Part shown: positions 9,469 through 17,975 of the stretch, in pieces | How the letters are laid out: each line of letters starts with the position of its first letter | Position numbering within the stretch: the first letter of the stretch is position 1 | Assembly: GCA_963674945.2 (NCBI GenBank) | Contig: CAXXWQ010000003.1 | Location: 1,728,001-1,792,000 of the forward strand | Source: an uncultured Desulfosarcina sp. | GTDB taxonomy: Bacteria; Desulfobacterota; Desulfobacteria; Desulfobacterales; Desulfosarcinaceae | Direction: 5' to 3' | DNA: 64,000 bases | The notes under the pieces: model-generated | What the model was told of the DNA's origin: nothing | Database searches by the model: none | The model's input: the letters and a program-made list of their open reading frames with translations, nothing else | Program-made: the position numbers and the translations under genes

Positions 9469-10797
9469 TTACAGCAAGGCCGCCCTTTCCTTACCCTTCT
9501 CCTCATCCACGAAGTGAAGCAAAATGCCACCGGCGGCAAATAGAATCAGCACCGACCCGAGGCTCCAGCGCGCCGCCAGGGCACCGACGGCTGCCATTTC
9601 TGCTGCTGTCGGGTCGACCGGCATGAGTATTCTTCGCATAATCACCCCCACGACGCCCATCAGTACAGGTCCGACGATGGCGGCGAATTTCCCCAGCATA
9701 TTGTAAAAGCCAAAAAACTCTGCCGGTTTGTCCGCGGGAATCAACCGCGTGAAATAGGACCGGGAAAGCGCCTGGATACCTCCCTGGACCAGCCCGATCA
9801 TGGCTGCCAGCACGAAAAATTCGTATTTGTGATTCATGGTGATGCCCCAAAAGGTGGCGACCACGTAAAACCCGATGGCGATGTAGATGCCCTTTTTCGG
9901 CCCGATGTGCTGCCCCAACCGGCCAAAAGCCAGGGCAGCCGGGAACCCGATAAACTGCGTGACCAACAGGGCCAACAAGAGGTCGTCCGAGGAAAACCCC
10001 AGGCTCATGCCGTAATCCACCGCCATGCGAATAATGGTATCCACGCCGTCGATGTAAAGCCAGTAGGCGCATAGAAACAAAAAGACGGTCCGCATGTGCC
10101 GAATTCGACCCAACGTGTGCCCAAGCTGGGCAAAACCACCGGCCCACATCCCCCCGGTCGATGCGCGTCCCGGCGCGACGGGTCTCTCGGGGACCCAAAA
10201 GAGGGTGAACAAAGAAAATCCGCCCCACCACACTGCGACGGTGATAAAACCGAGCCGCACGGCCTGTCCGGCATCGGAAAGCCCGAAACGGTGCGGCATG
10301 ACCACCATCAACACATTCACGAGAAAGAGCAGTCCGCCACCCAAATACCCCATGGAGAAACCGAATCCCGAAACGAAATCCACATTTCCGGCTTCGGAAA
10401 CGGCCGGGAGCATGGCGTCATAAAAAACATTGGCACCGGAAAAGCCGATCACACCCAAAACGTATATCACCAGGGCCAGGACCCATTGCCCCTGGCCCAC
10501 GACATAGAGTGCGGCCGTCATCAGCACCCCCATATAGGCGAAAATGACCAGAAACCGCTTCCGAAAGGTTCCCCTGTCCGCCACGGCGCCCAGAACGGGG
10601 GCAAAGACCGCCACGGCCAAACCCGCCAGTGCATTTCCCACGCCCAACCGTGCCGTGCTCAAATTGACGTCGGCGCCGATACTCCAGAATTGCTTGAAAA
10701 AGACAGGAAAAAAACCGGCCATTACCGTCGTTGCGAAACTGGAGTTTGCCCAGTCGTACATGGCCCAGCCCCAGACGGATTTTTTTGGAAACTTCAT
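9469..10797 (-). CDS. MFS transporter, UMF1/Atg22-like
   Basis: Motifs WAMYDWANS, YDAMLP and QALSRS, with about 12 TM segments. Confidence 0.9.
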   Translation of the reverse strand: MKFPKKSVWGWAMYDWANSSFATTVMAGFFPVFFKQFWSIGADVNLSTARLGVGNALAGLAVAVFAPVLGAVADRGTFRKRFLVIFAYMGVLMTAALYVVGQGQWVLALVIYVLGVIGFSGANVFYDAMLPAVSEAGNVDFVSGFGFSMGYLGGGLLFLVNVLMVVMPHRFGLSDAGQAVRLGFITVAVWWGGFSLFTLFWVPERPVAPGRASTGGMWAGGFAQLGHTLGRIRHMRTVFLFLCAYWLYIDGVDTIIRMAVDYGMSLGFSSDDLLLALLVTQFIGFPAALAFGRLGQHIGPKKGIYIAIGFYVVATFWGITMNHKYEFFVLAAMIGLVQGGIQALSRSYFTRLIPADKPAEFFGFYNMLGKFAAIVGPVLMGVVGVIMRRILMPVDPTAAEMAAVGALAARWSLGSVLILFAAGGILLHFVDEEKGKERAALL

Positions 10798-10872
10798 GAT
10801 GACGATGCCCCCTGATCTCTCGATACCGCTTTTCGCTTGTCACAAAGTCTAAGGACGACCATAATCTATATC

Positions 10873-11015
10873 AGTGCCCATCCAGAAACGGTTATTTTGC
10901 CCGATATCTTCGTTATACGAAAAATTTTATCCTCGGAATATCGACTATATGCCTCCGGTAAAATTTTTCGCAAGCCTTGATCTCGACCAAAATCCCTCGT
11001 TTCTGAATAGACACT
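10873..11015. repeat. MITE/REP-like palindromic element, copy 1 (143 bp)
   Basis: Terminal inverted repeats AGTGCCCATCCAGAAAC and GTTTCTGAATAGACACT. Inner perfect 12-bp IR CGAAAAATTTTA/TAAAATTTTTCG. Its reverse complement aligns with 42000-42168. Confidence 0.85.
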
Positions 11016-11049
11016 AGTTAGACACCAAGATTTATGAGGAGGGAAATAC

Positions 11050-14037
11050 ATGGAGGAAAAGCGCCTATCCCCGTCGGCTTCCTTTCAGGATGAGGATTTT
11101 GACACTCACTTTAAGGTATTCCATGAGTTGATGTCAAACAAGGTGTTTGAAATCCTTCTGGTTGCCAGCCTGTACGACGCCTACATCCTGGAAGAGGATG
11201 GCAGCCTGGCATCAAAAATCATCAACGAGTACCAGGGGCTCAACCTGAGCCGGCCGCCCCGCATCACCCAGGCCACCAATGCCACCCAGGCAATGGAGAT
11301 GCTCGCTAAAAAATCCTTTCACCTGGTTCTGGCCATGCCCCATTTGGACGACATGGATGTTTTCGATCTGGGCAGCCGGATTAAACGCATCCATCCCCAA
11401 CTACCGGTAGTATTGCTCGCCCACAGTGTCCAGGGGATTTATCCGCCACCGCCGGGAAAGGATATGTCCGCCATCGATCAGGTGTTCATCTGGACCGGAG
11501 ACGCGGAACTTTTACTGGCTATCATCAAGAGCATGGAAGACCGGCTAAACGTCGCCGCCGACACGAAAAAGGCCATGGTCCGCGTGTTGATCCTGGTGGA
11601 AGATTCCCCTTTGTACACGTCCTACTTTCTGCCATTCATATACAAAGAGGTGGTCCACCAGACACAGGAAGTTCTCGAGGAAAGTCTGAATCATGAGCAT
11701 CGATTGCTCAAAATGCGGGCGAGGCCCAAGATTCTCGTTGCCGAAAACTTCGAACAGGCCATGGACCTGTATCGACAGTTCGGAGCGTATCTCTTCGGCA
11801 TCATCTCGGACACCCGCTATCCAAAAGGTGGCACGCTCACCGATGACGCCGGTTTCACATTCCTTTGTGAAGTTCGAAAGACCATTCCCGATCTTCCCCT
11901 GCTCCTCATGAGCAATGAACCACAAAACGAATCCTTGGCCAACAGAGTTCCGGCGGTCTTTTTGGACAAAAACAGTGACGATCTGCAAAACGAGATCCAC
12001 CGTTTCTTTCTCAATTCTTTGGGCTTTGGCGATTTCATTTTCCGGCAACCCGACGGAAGTGAAATCGCCTGCGCCGCAAATCTGAGGGAACTGGAGGAGA
12101 TACTACCAGATATTCCCGGCGAGTCCTTGCTCTATCATGCCACCCGAAACCGCTTTTCCAACTGGATCATGGCCCGTAGCGAGATCGCCCTGGCATCCCG
12201 ATTGAGAAAAGCCAGGGCGGCCGACTTTTCCGGTGCGGAAGAGATTCGACAATTTATCATCGAACACATTCATGCACTTCGCAAATGGCGCCAAAAAGGG
12301 GTCGTGATTCACTTCAACTCCAAGGATTACGATCCACAGATCTCCGATTTCGTGAAGATCGGCAGCGGATCATTGGGAGGGAAGGCCAGGGGGCTCGCCT
12401 TCGTTGCCAATTTGCTGCGAAACTCTCCAAAATTGCAGGAGCGCTATCCGGCCGTCACCATTCAGATCCCCCAGACCCTTGTGATTACCACCGAAGGTTT
12501 TGATTCATTCGTATCCCATAACGGCCTGGACCCTTCGAACATGACCGGGTATACGGACGATGAAATCGCCAACCGATTCCTGAAAGCCCAGATGCCAATG
12601 TGGCTCACCGAGCAGTTGTGCCAATATCTTTCGGCCATCCATACACCACTTTCCATCCGCAGTTCGGGACTATTGGAAGACGCTCACAATCATCCCATTG
12701 CAGGGCTGTACAAAACCTACATGGTTCCCAACAACCATCCGGATTTCACCGTGCGGTGCAACCAGCTGATCACCGCCGTCAAGTTGGTGTATGCCTCCAC
12801 GTGGTGTAAGGAACCGCTGCGATTTTTGCAAGGCACCGCCTATCGAATCCGAAGGGATCAGATGGCGGTAATCGTTCAGCGCCTGGTGGGAAGCCGCCAC
12901 ACTACATTCTTCTACCCGGATATTTCCGGAATCGCACAGTCTCACAATGACTATCCGGTGGCGCCAATGAAAACGGAAGACGGGGTCGCCAATATCGTAC
13001 TGGGTTTCGGCCGAGGGATTCCCGAAGGGGAACCATCTCTCCGGTTTTCTCCGGCATATCCCAAGGTACTGCCACAATTTTCAAAAATCGAGGATATTCT
13101 GGCAAATGCCCAGAATCAGTTCTGGGCACTGGCCATGGAGGGGTTGCCGGACGACCTTTTTTTTGGCCGGGGCGTCAATGTGGAAAAACGTCACGTGGCC
13201 GATGCCGAAGGTGAAGGCCCGATTCGCCGACTTGCCTCCACGTTCATACCCGAAGAGAGCCGCATCAGAGATACCGCTGCCGTCGCCGGAAACCGAATCA
13301 TTACCTTCGCATCCGTTTTGAAATACGATGGTTTTCCCCTGCCCGGCCTTCTCAAGGATTTGCTGGAACTGGGCCGGAAAGGCCTTGGTTGCGCCGTTGA
13401 ATTTGAATTTTCCGTAAACATGACCGGTGATGGAAGCGACGGGGGCTCCTTCAATATTCTGCAGATGCGTCCCATGGTCGGTGGTAATACGATCCATGAC
13501 GTAACGGTCACCGAATCAGATCGTCGTGACGCACTGTGCTACACGACCGAGGTCTTGGGGCACGGCTTTTTTCAAACCATTGCCGATATCGTTTTTGTCA
13601 GGCCTGACACCTTCGATCCCAAACATACCGTGGCCATCGCCCAGTACATCACCGCCATCAACCACGAACTCGTCCGGGAAAAACGTCCCTACCTGTTAAT
13701 GGGCCATGGGCGATGGGGATCTTTCGATCCATGGTTGGGCATTCCGGTAAAATGGAAGGACATCAATGGCGTAGGGGCAATGGTGGAAATTCGCAGTCGT
13801 TTGCTCAAAGCCGACCCTTCCCATGGCTCCCACTTTTTCCACAACATCACCGCAAACGGGATCCCCTACATGACCGTTACCGAGGATAAAGACGGCTTTA
13901 TTGCATGGGACCGACTGCTCGCATTGCCCATGTTCCATCTGGGCGACCATGTCGGACATATCCGACTGAACCATCCCCTGATCATCAAATGCGATATCCG
14001 CCAGTCGCAAGCGATCATTCGAATGAAAAAGCCCTGA
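11050..14037 (+). CDS. Receiver-like domains fused to a PEP synthase/PPDK N-terminal (nucleotide-binding) domain
   Basis: REC-like segments (ILVEDSP, GIISD, LPLLLMS). PPDK_N motifs GSLGGKARGL, SIRSSGLLED, MAVIVQRLVG and ILQMRP. No C-terminal PEP-utilising TIM barrel. GAGGAGG RBS. Confidence 0.85.
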   Translation: MEEKRLSPSASFQDEDFDTHFKVFHELMSNKVFEILLVASLYDAYILEEDGSLASKIINEYQGLNLSRPPRITQATNATQAMEMLAKKSFHLVLAMPHLDDMDVFDLGSRIKRIHPQLPVVLLAHSVQGIYPPPPGKDMSAIDQVFIWTGDAELLLAIIKSMEDRLNVAADTKKAMVRVLILVEDSPLYTSYFLPFIYKEVVHQTQEVLEESLNHEHRLLKMRARPKILVAENFEQAMDLYRQFGAYLFGIISDTRYPKGGTLTDDAGFTFLCEVRKTIPDLPLLLMSNEPQNESLANRVPAVFLDKNSDDLQNEIHRFFLNSLGFGDFIFRQPDGSEIACAANLRELEEILPDIPGESLLYHATRNRFSNWIMARSEIALASRLRKARAADFSGAEEIRQFIIEHIHALRKWRQKGVVIHFNSKDYDPQISDFVKIGSGSLGGKARGLAFVANLLRNSPKLQERYPAVTIQIPQTLVITTEGFDSFVSHNGLDPSNMTGYTDDEIANRFLKAQMPMWLTEQLCQYLSAIHTPLSIRSSGLLEDAHNHPIAGLYKTYMVPNNHPDFTVRCNQLITAVKLVYASTWCKEPLRFLQGTAYRIRRDQMAVIVQRLVGSRHTTFFYPDISGIAQSHNDYPVAPMKTEDGVANIVLGFGRGIPEGEPSLRFSPAYPKVLPQFSKIEDILANAQNQFWALAMEGLPDDLFFGRGVNVEKRHVADAEGEGPIRRLASTFIPEESRIRDTAAVAGNRIITFASVLKYDGFPLPGLLKDLLELGRKGLGCAVEFEFSVNMTGDGSDGGSFNILQMRPMVGGNTIHDVTVTESDRRDALCYTTEVLGHGFFQTIADIVFVRPDTFDPKHTVAIAQYITAINHELVREKRPYLLMGHGRWGSFDPWLGIPVKWKDINGVGAMVEIRSRLLKADPSHGSHFFHNITANGIPYMTVTEDKDGFIAWDRLLALPMFHLGDHVGHIRLNHPLIIKCDIRQSQAIIRMKKP

Positions 14038-14262
14038 AATGGACAAACAAACAAAATGCGCGGTACCTTTTTCCCTGTTCCCCCACGGCCATTTTGTTGA
14101 ACGACATCGAAGAAAAAACCAAAACAGACCCCGTTTCCCGTCTAAAGAAAAAATCAAAAATGGCGATACCGGATTCATCGATCCACGATGATCGGTAGCC
14201 AATTGTAAACGAATCCAGATCATCCTGTGAGTGCTATCGGAAACCATAGAGGAGCGTTGGAT

Positions 14263-14421
14263 ATGGAGAACAAAAAAGAAATCGTCTTTTTCGAGGAATT
14301 GGGTTTTGGATGGCTCTTCGAGGGCGATCCGATCCGAAAAATTCGCGAAAGAGACTCCATCGAACAGATCCTGATCCAACGCTCCTTGGCCGAACTCTTC
14401 AAGAAAGGCAGGCTTACCTGA
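14263..14421 (+). CDS. Small hypothetical protein (52 aa)
   Basis: GAGGAG RBS precedes ATG 14263. Product is MENKKEIVFFEELGFGWLFEGDPIRKIRERDSIEQILIQRSLAELFKKGRLT. Confidence 0.55.
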   Translation: MENKKEIVFFEELGFGWLFEGDPIRKIRERDSIEQILIQRSLAELFKKGRLT

Positions 14422-14738
14422 TGCTCCTATTTCCTATGGGTAGAAGACGCGGTTGCTGCGGATTCGCCGGGAAAGCACCCCGATGCATCACTTTTTCCTT
14501 TCCATTCAGATAGTTAAAAAGAACTTGGCAATTCCGCAACGCCTCCGTCAACCGCCATGCCGCCCCATTGTTCCATATTTTCTTGACAAATCGACGAAGT
14601 CCTGACATCAAGTTTACTATGAGGGTATCGATTATCTGTTACAATTTAAATAGTTATCACCATTGATGGCCCGATCGCAGCGCGTCAATGACATCATTGA
14701 CGTACCGATGACAAAGGAAACGGAATAGGACAGGCAGA

Positions 14739-15020
14739 ATGAGTCTCACGAAAGCGCAAATCATCGAAAACATCCAGAATCAGACGGAAATTACAAAGCT
14801 CAAGGCGAACGACACCGTCGAAACCCTACTCGAAATCATGAAATCGACCCTTTCGGCCGGGGAAGATGTCCTGGTCAGCGGATTCGGCAAGTTCTGTGTA
14901 AAGGAAAAACGGAAACGCAAGGGCCGGAATCCGGCGACGGGCGAGGAGATGATGTTGGGAAAACGCCGCATCGTCACCTTTAAGTGTTCTGGAAAATTGC
15001 GGGAAAAAATCAACACATAA
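14739..15020 (+). CDS. ihfA: Integration host factor subunit alpha
   Basis: Motifs LTKAQI, VSGFGKF, RKGRNPATGE and RRIVTFKCS. Confidence 0.9.
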   Translation: MSLTKAQIIENIQNQTEITKLKANDTVETLLEIMKSTLSAGEDVLVSGFGKFCVKEKRKRKGRNPATGEEMMLGKRRIVTFKCSGKLREKINT

Positions 15021-15161
15021 CGATCTATCCATCACGCGGCAGCCTGTTCCCGTAAGCATCTTTTTGCAAGGAGAGGCCGGATATCGGTCTTGCATCGGCG
15101 GCCTGAAAGTGACAAAAATGGCTCCGACACGATCTGCACGGGGGTATATCGGCGCCGAGGC

Positions 15162-15497
15162 CTATTTATCAGACGGATAGGGCTTTCCGCACTCGTTACA
15201 ACGGCCGTTCGGTCCCACTATACCGATACATCCCTCATCGACGCAAAGGATTCGATCTTCCCATTCATCATGGGATTCGTCGACCTCTTCTTCGGCCACT
15301 TCCACATCTTCCTTGCGCACCGTCTCCGTCTCTTCAGAGGGCAGGGAATCCCATGGCACATCCGATGGAAATGTTTCCAGGGTACCTTCATATTTCAGGC
15401 CGCATACTTTGCAACGGCCATCATCACCGACAACACCGATACAATTACCGTCGCTGCACAAAACACGTCGTTCCCAATCACTGTCCGAGTTGGGCAT
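15162..15497 (-). CDS. Small acidic protein with two tandem Cys4 metal-binding-like repeats
   Basis: GAGG RBS precedes ATG 15497. Repeats are WERRVLCSDGNCIGVVGDDGRCKVCG and WEDRILCVDEGCIGIVGPNGRCNECG. Confidence 0.8.
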   Translation of the reverse strand: MPNSDSDWERRVLCSDGNCIGVVGDDGRCKVCGLKYEGTLETFPSDVPWDSLPSEETETVRKEDVEVAEEEVDESHDEWEDRILCVDEGCIGIVGPNGRCNECGKPYPSDK

Positions 15498-15811
15498 ATC
15501 CGCACCTCGTTCTTGAAAAATCCTTCGTCCATCCGCGTCAACGACCACCCGCCACGCAGGTGGTTTGGATATCCGGTCCATCGGCCGGATGCCGTTATAC
15601 CAATGAAGTTGAGGGTATCTATATCACATGCGATGATGCTTCTCAAATGAATGAAAATGGTGGAGGAACGATTCAGACAGGCAGGCATGGATTTCAGTGA
15701 ACTGATGGGAAAACCAAACCTTTTTTATTGACAGCAAGTACATATGAACTAATTGTAGAACATGGCGCACAATAAGGCGAAAGGATCGCACGAAAAAACA
15801 AATCGAGGAAT

Positions 15812-16711
15812 GTGGGAGTGAAAAACAGAAACGACACAGGAAAAATCAGCCGCAATGCCCCGTGTCCCTGCGGCAGCGGGAAAAAATACAAACGTTGCTG
15901 CCTGGGCAAGTCCGCGTCGAAACCAAGCGCAGATCCATCCTATGCAAAAAGGAATCGACTTCCCATTAAAACAGCCCAGCAGATAGAAGGAATACGAATG
16001 GCCGGAAGGCTGGTCATCGACACCCTGGATATGGTAGCCCCTCACATCCGCCCCGGTGTGACCACCGATGAGATCAACACCCTTGTCCATGACTTCACGA
16101 TTCAAAACGGTGCCACCCCGGCACCATTGAATTATCGGGGCTATCCGAAAAGTGTCTGCCTGAGCGTCAACGAGGTGATCTGCCATGGCATTCCCGGGGA
16201 TCGGGTGATAGAAGACGGTGACATCATCAATGTGGATGTAACTTCGATTCTGAATCATTACTACGCGGACGCCAGCAAGACTTTTTTCGTGGGTACACCG
16301 GACGATGGTGCCCGAAAAATCGTGGAGACGGCCCGGCAATGCCTGGCCAAGGGAATGGCGGCCGTCAAGCCGGGAAACACCATCGGAGACATCGGTTCTG
16401 CGATCCAGTCCCATGCCGAAGGACAGGGTTGTTCTGTTGTTCGCGAGTTTGTCGGCCATGGTGTCGGCATCGAATTTCATGAAGCCCCACAGATCCCACA
16501 CTACGGAACACCCGGATCCGGCTATCTGCTGGTTCCGGGTATGGTTTTTACCATCGAACCCATGATCAACCTGGGAAAAAAGGAGCTGGTCATCCTCGAC
16601 GACGGGTGGACTGCGGTCACCAAGGACGGCTCCCTGTCGGCACAGTTCGAACAGACGATCCTGGTCACCGAAACGGGTTTCGAGAGCCTTACGCCCTACT
16701 CCCTTTCTTGA
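15812..16711 (+). CDS. map: Methionine aminopeptidase type I with N-terminal SEC-C motif
   Basis: SEC-C motif RNAPCPCGSGKKYKRCC. MAP motifs SVNEVICHGIP, GHGVG, FTIEPMIN and SAQFEQT. Confidence 0.95.
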   Translation: MGVKNRNDTGKISRNAPCPCGSGKKYKRCCLGKSASKPSADPSYAKRNRLPIKTAQQIEGIRMAGRLVIDTLDMVAPHIRPGVTTDEINTLVHDFTIQNGATPAPLNYRGYPKSVCLSVNEVICHGIPGDRVIEDGDIINVDVTSILNHYYADASKTFFVGTPDDGARKIVETARQCLAKGMAAVKPGNTIGDIGSAIQSHAEGQGCSVVREFVGHGVGIEFHEAPQIPHYGTPGSGYLLVPGMVFTIEPMINLGKKELVILDDGWTAVTKDGSLSAQFEQTILVTETGFESLTPYSLS

Positions 16712-16719
16712 TGGCGCCA

Positions 16720-17601
16720 TCACCGTTTCGCCCCCCAGACCCAGGCCAGAATCGGCAAGAATGCGGTGACGATGCCGCATAACAATTGTATACCGCCTTT
16801 AAAAGGGCTGCTTTTCCAAAAACCATACACGCCCCCCAAACCAATCCCCACGAGGAAGCCGAACAGATGGGCCCCCATGTCACTGCGCGCACTTGTGCCC
16901 AAAAACGCCAGAAGCGCGATGCCGCCACCCAAAGCCAAAACAACATCTTTCCACCCATGACCGGTTCTTGCCGCATTCACTGCACGAATCGCACATAACA
17001 TTCCCACGGCGCCGAATACGCTCGTCGAGGCACCAATGGAAAGGTGTCCGGTCTCATGGAACGCCGCATTGATCAGGTTGCCGAGGGTACCGCAGACAAG
17101 GATCATCATCCACGTAACGCCGACGCCGGCAATCTGGCAAAGGACGTCGCCGAATAGTACCAATGCCACCATGTTTCCCGCCAGATGGGCCCCATCGGCG
17201 TGGAGAAGCAAGGCGGTAACACACCGGTAGGCTTCACCGCCCATGATCCTGCGCGCATTTGCGCCGAATTGCGTGATGTAGTCACCCGGAGCGCTGCTGG
17301 TGACAACGGCGGCGTGGACCGTGAAAAGAAGGAGAGAGACAAAAAGTCCCGAGAGGCTTATTGCATGGAAGCCTCTCTTTGCAGACGGCAGTGGGGGCGC
17401 TGTGGTTGGATTTTCGACCCGATATCGCCAGACGGCCTCTATGGCCGCGGTAAAATCGCTTTCATCCACCGTCACGGTAAACGCGTTGTTTTTTCGGTGA
17501 ACATTGTTTGGGATGCCCATGGAATACAAGACCAGGCTGTACGTATCGGCCTGTTTCTCGTCGAGATGGTCGAAAACGGGAACCATCCGATCGGTTTTCA
17601 T
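16720..17601 (-). CDS. Rhomboid family intramembrane serine protease with N-terminal soluble domain
   Basis: Motifs HADGAHLAGN, SIGAS (catalytic Ser) and AHLFG (catalytic His). Confidence 0.9.
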   Translation of the reverse strand: MKTDRMVPVFDHLDEKQADTYSLVLYSMGIPNNVHRKNNAFTVTVDESDFTAAIEAVWRYRVENPTTAPPLPSAKRGFHAISLSGLFVSLLLFTVHAAVVTSSAPGDYITQFGANARRIMGGEAYRCVTALLLHADGAHLAGNMVALVLFGDVLCQIAGVGVTWMMILVCGTLGNLINAAFHETGHLSIGASTSVFGAVGMLCAIRAVNAARTGHGWKDVVLALGGGIALLAFLGTSARSDMGAHLFGFLVGIGLGGVYGFWKSSPFKGGIQLLCGIVTAFLPILAWVWGAKR

Positions 17602-17927
17602 CCCATCTCGTCGTCGTCGGCATCGTCATCGAAATCGTCGTCATCGTCGTCGGATTCATCCTCCATCGCTGCCAGGTGTGCCTCTGCTGCGCGGATCAAA
17701 GCCTCTTCCCGTGCTTTTTTCCTTCTCTCCGCCACCTCCAGTTGGAGTGTCAGTTTGGCCGACTCCACCGCTTGGCGCGCAAGCTTCTCCCCTCCGAGTT
17801 GTAGGTAGTCCACGACGGTTTTGATAAGATTTTCATCTTTTTTCAGTTCCACGGGAATCCGCCGCATGATGCGCTTGAAAGACCCCACGAGTTCGTTGGG
17901 AATATCGATATCAGAATACATGAACAT
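17598..17927 (-). CDS. Hypothetical helical protein with poly-Asp C-terminal tail
   Basis: AAGGAG RBS. Stop overlaps the rhomboid start (ATGA). Ends EDESDDDDDDFDDDADDDEMG. Confidence 0.75.
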   Translation of the reverse strand: MFMYSDIDIPNELVGSFKRIMRRIPVELKKDENLIKTVVDYLQLGGEKLARQAVESAKLTLQLEVAERRKKAREEALIRAAEAHLAAMEDESDDDDDDFDDDADDDEMG

Positions 17928-17975
17928 CTCCTTGCCTTGCGATTTTGTTCGATGACGATTAGGGTATTATAGTTC

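Noticed and set aside
10866..11051. Short ORFs at 10866..11051 and 41915..42371
   Set aside because: They are translations of the palindromic repeat element.
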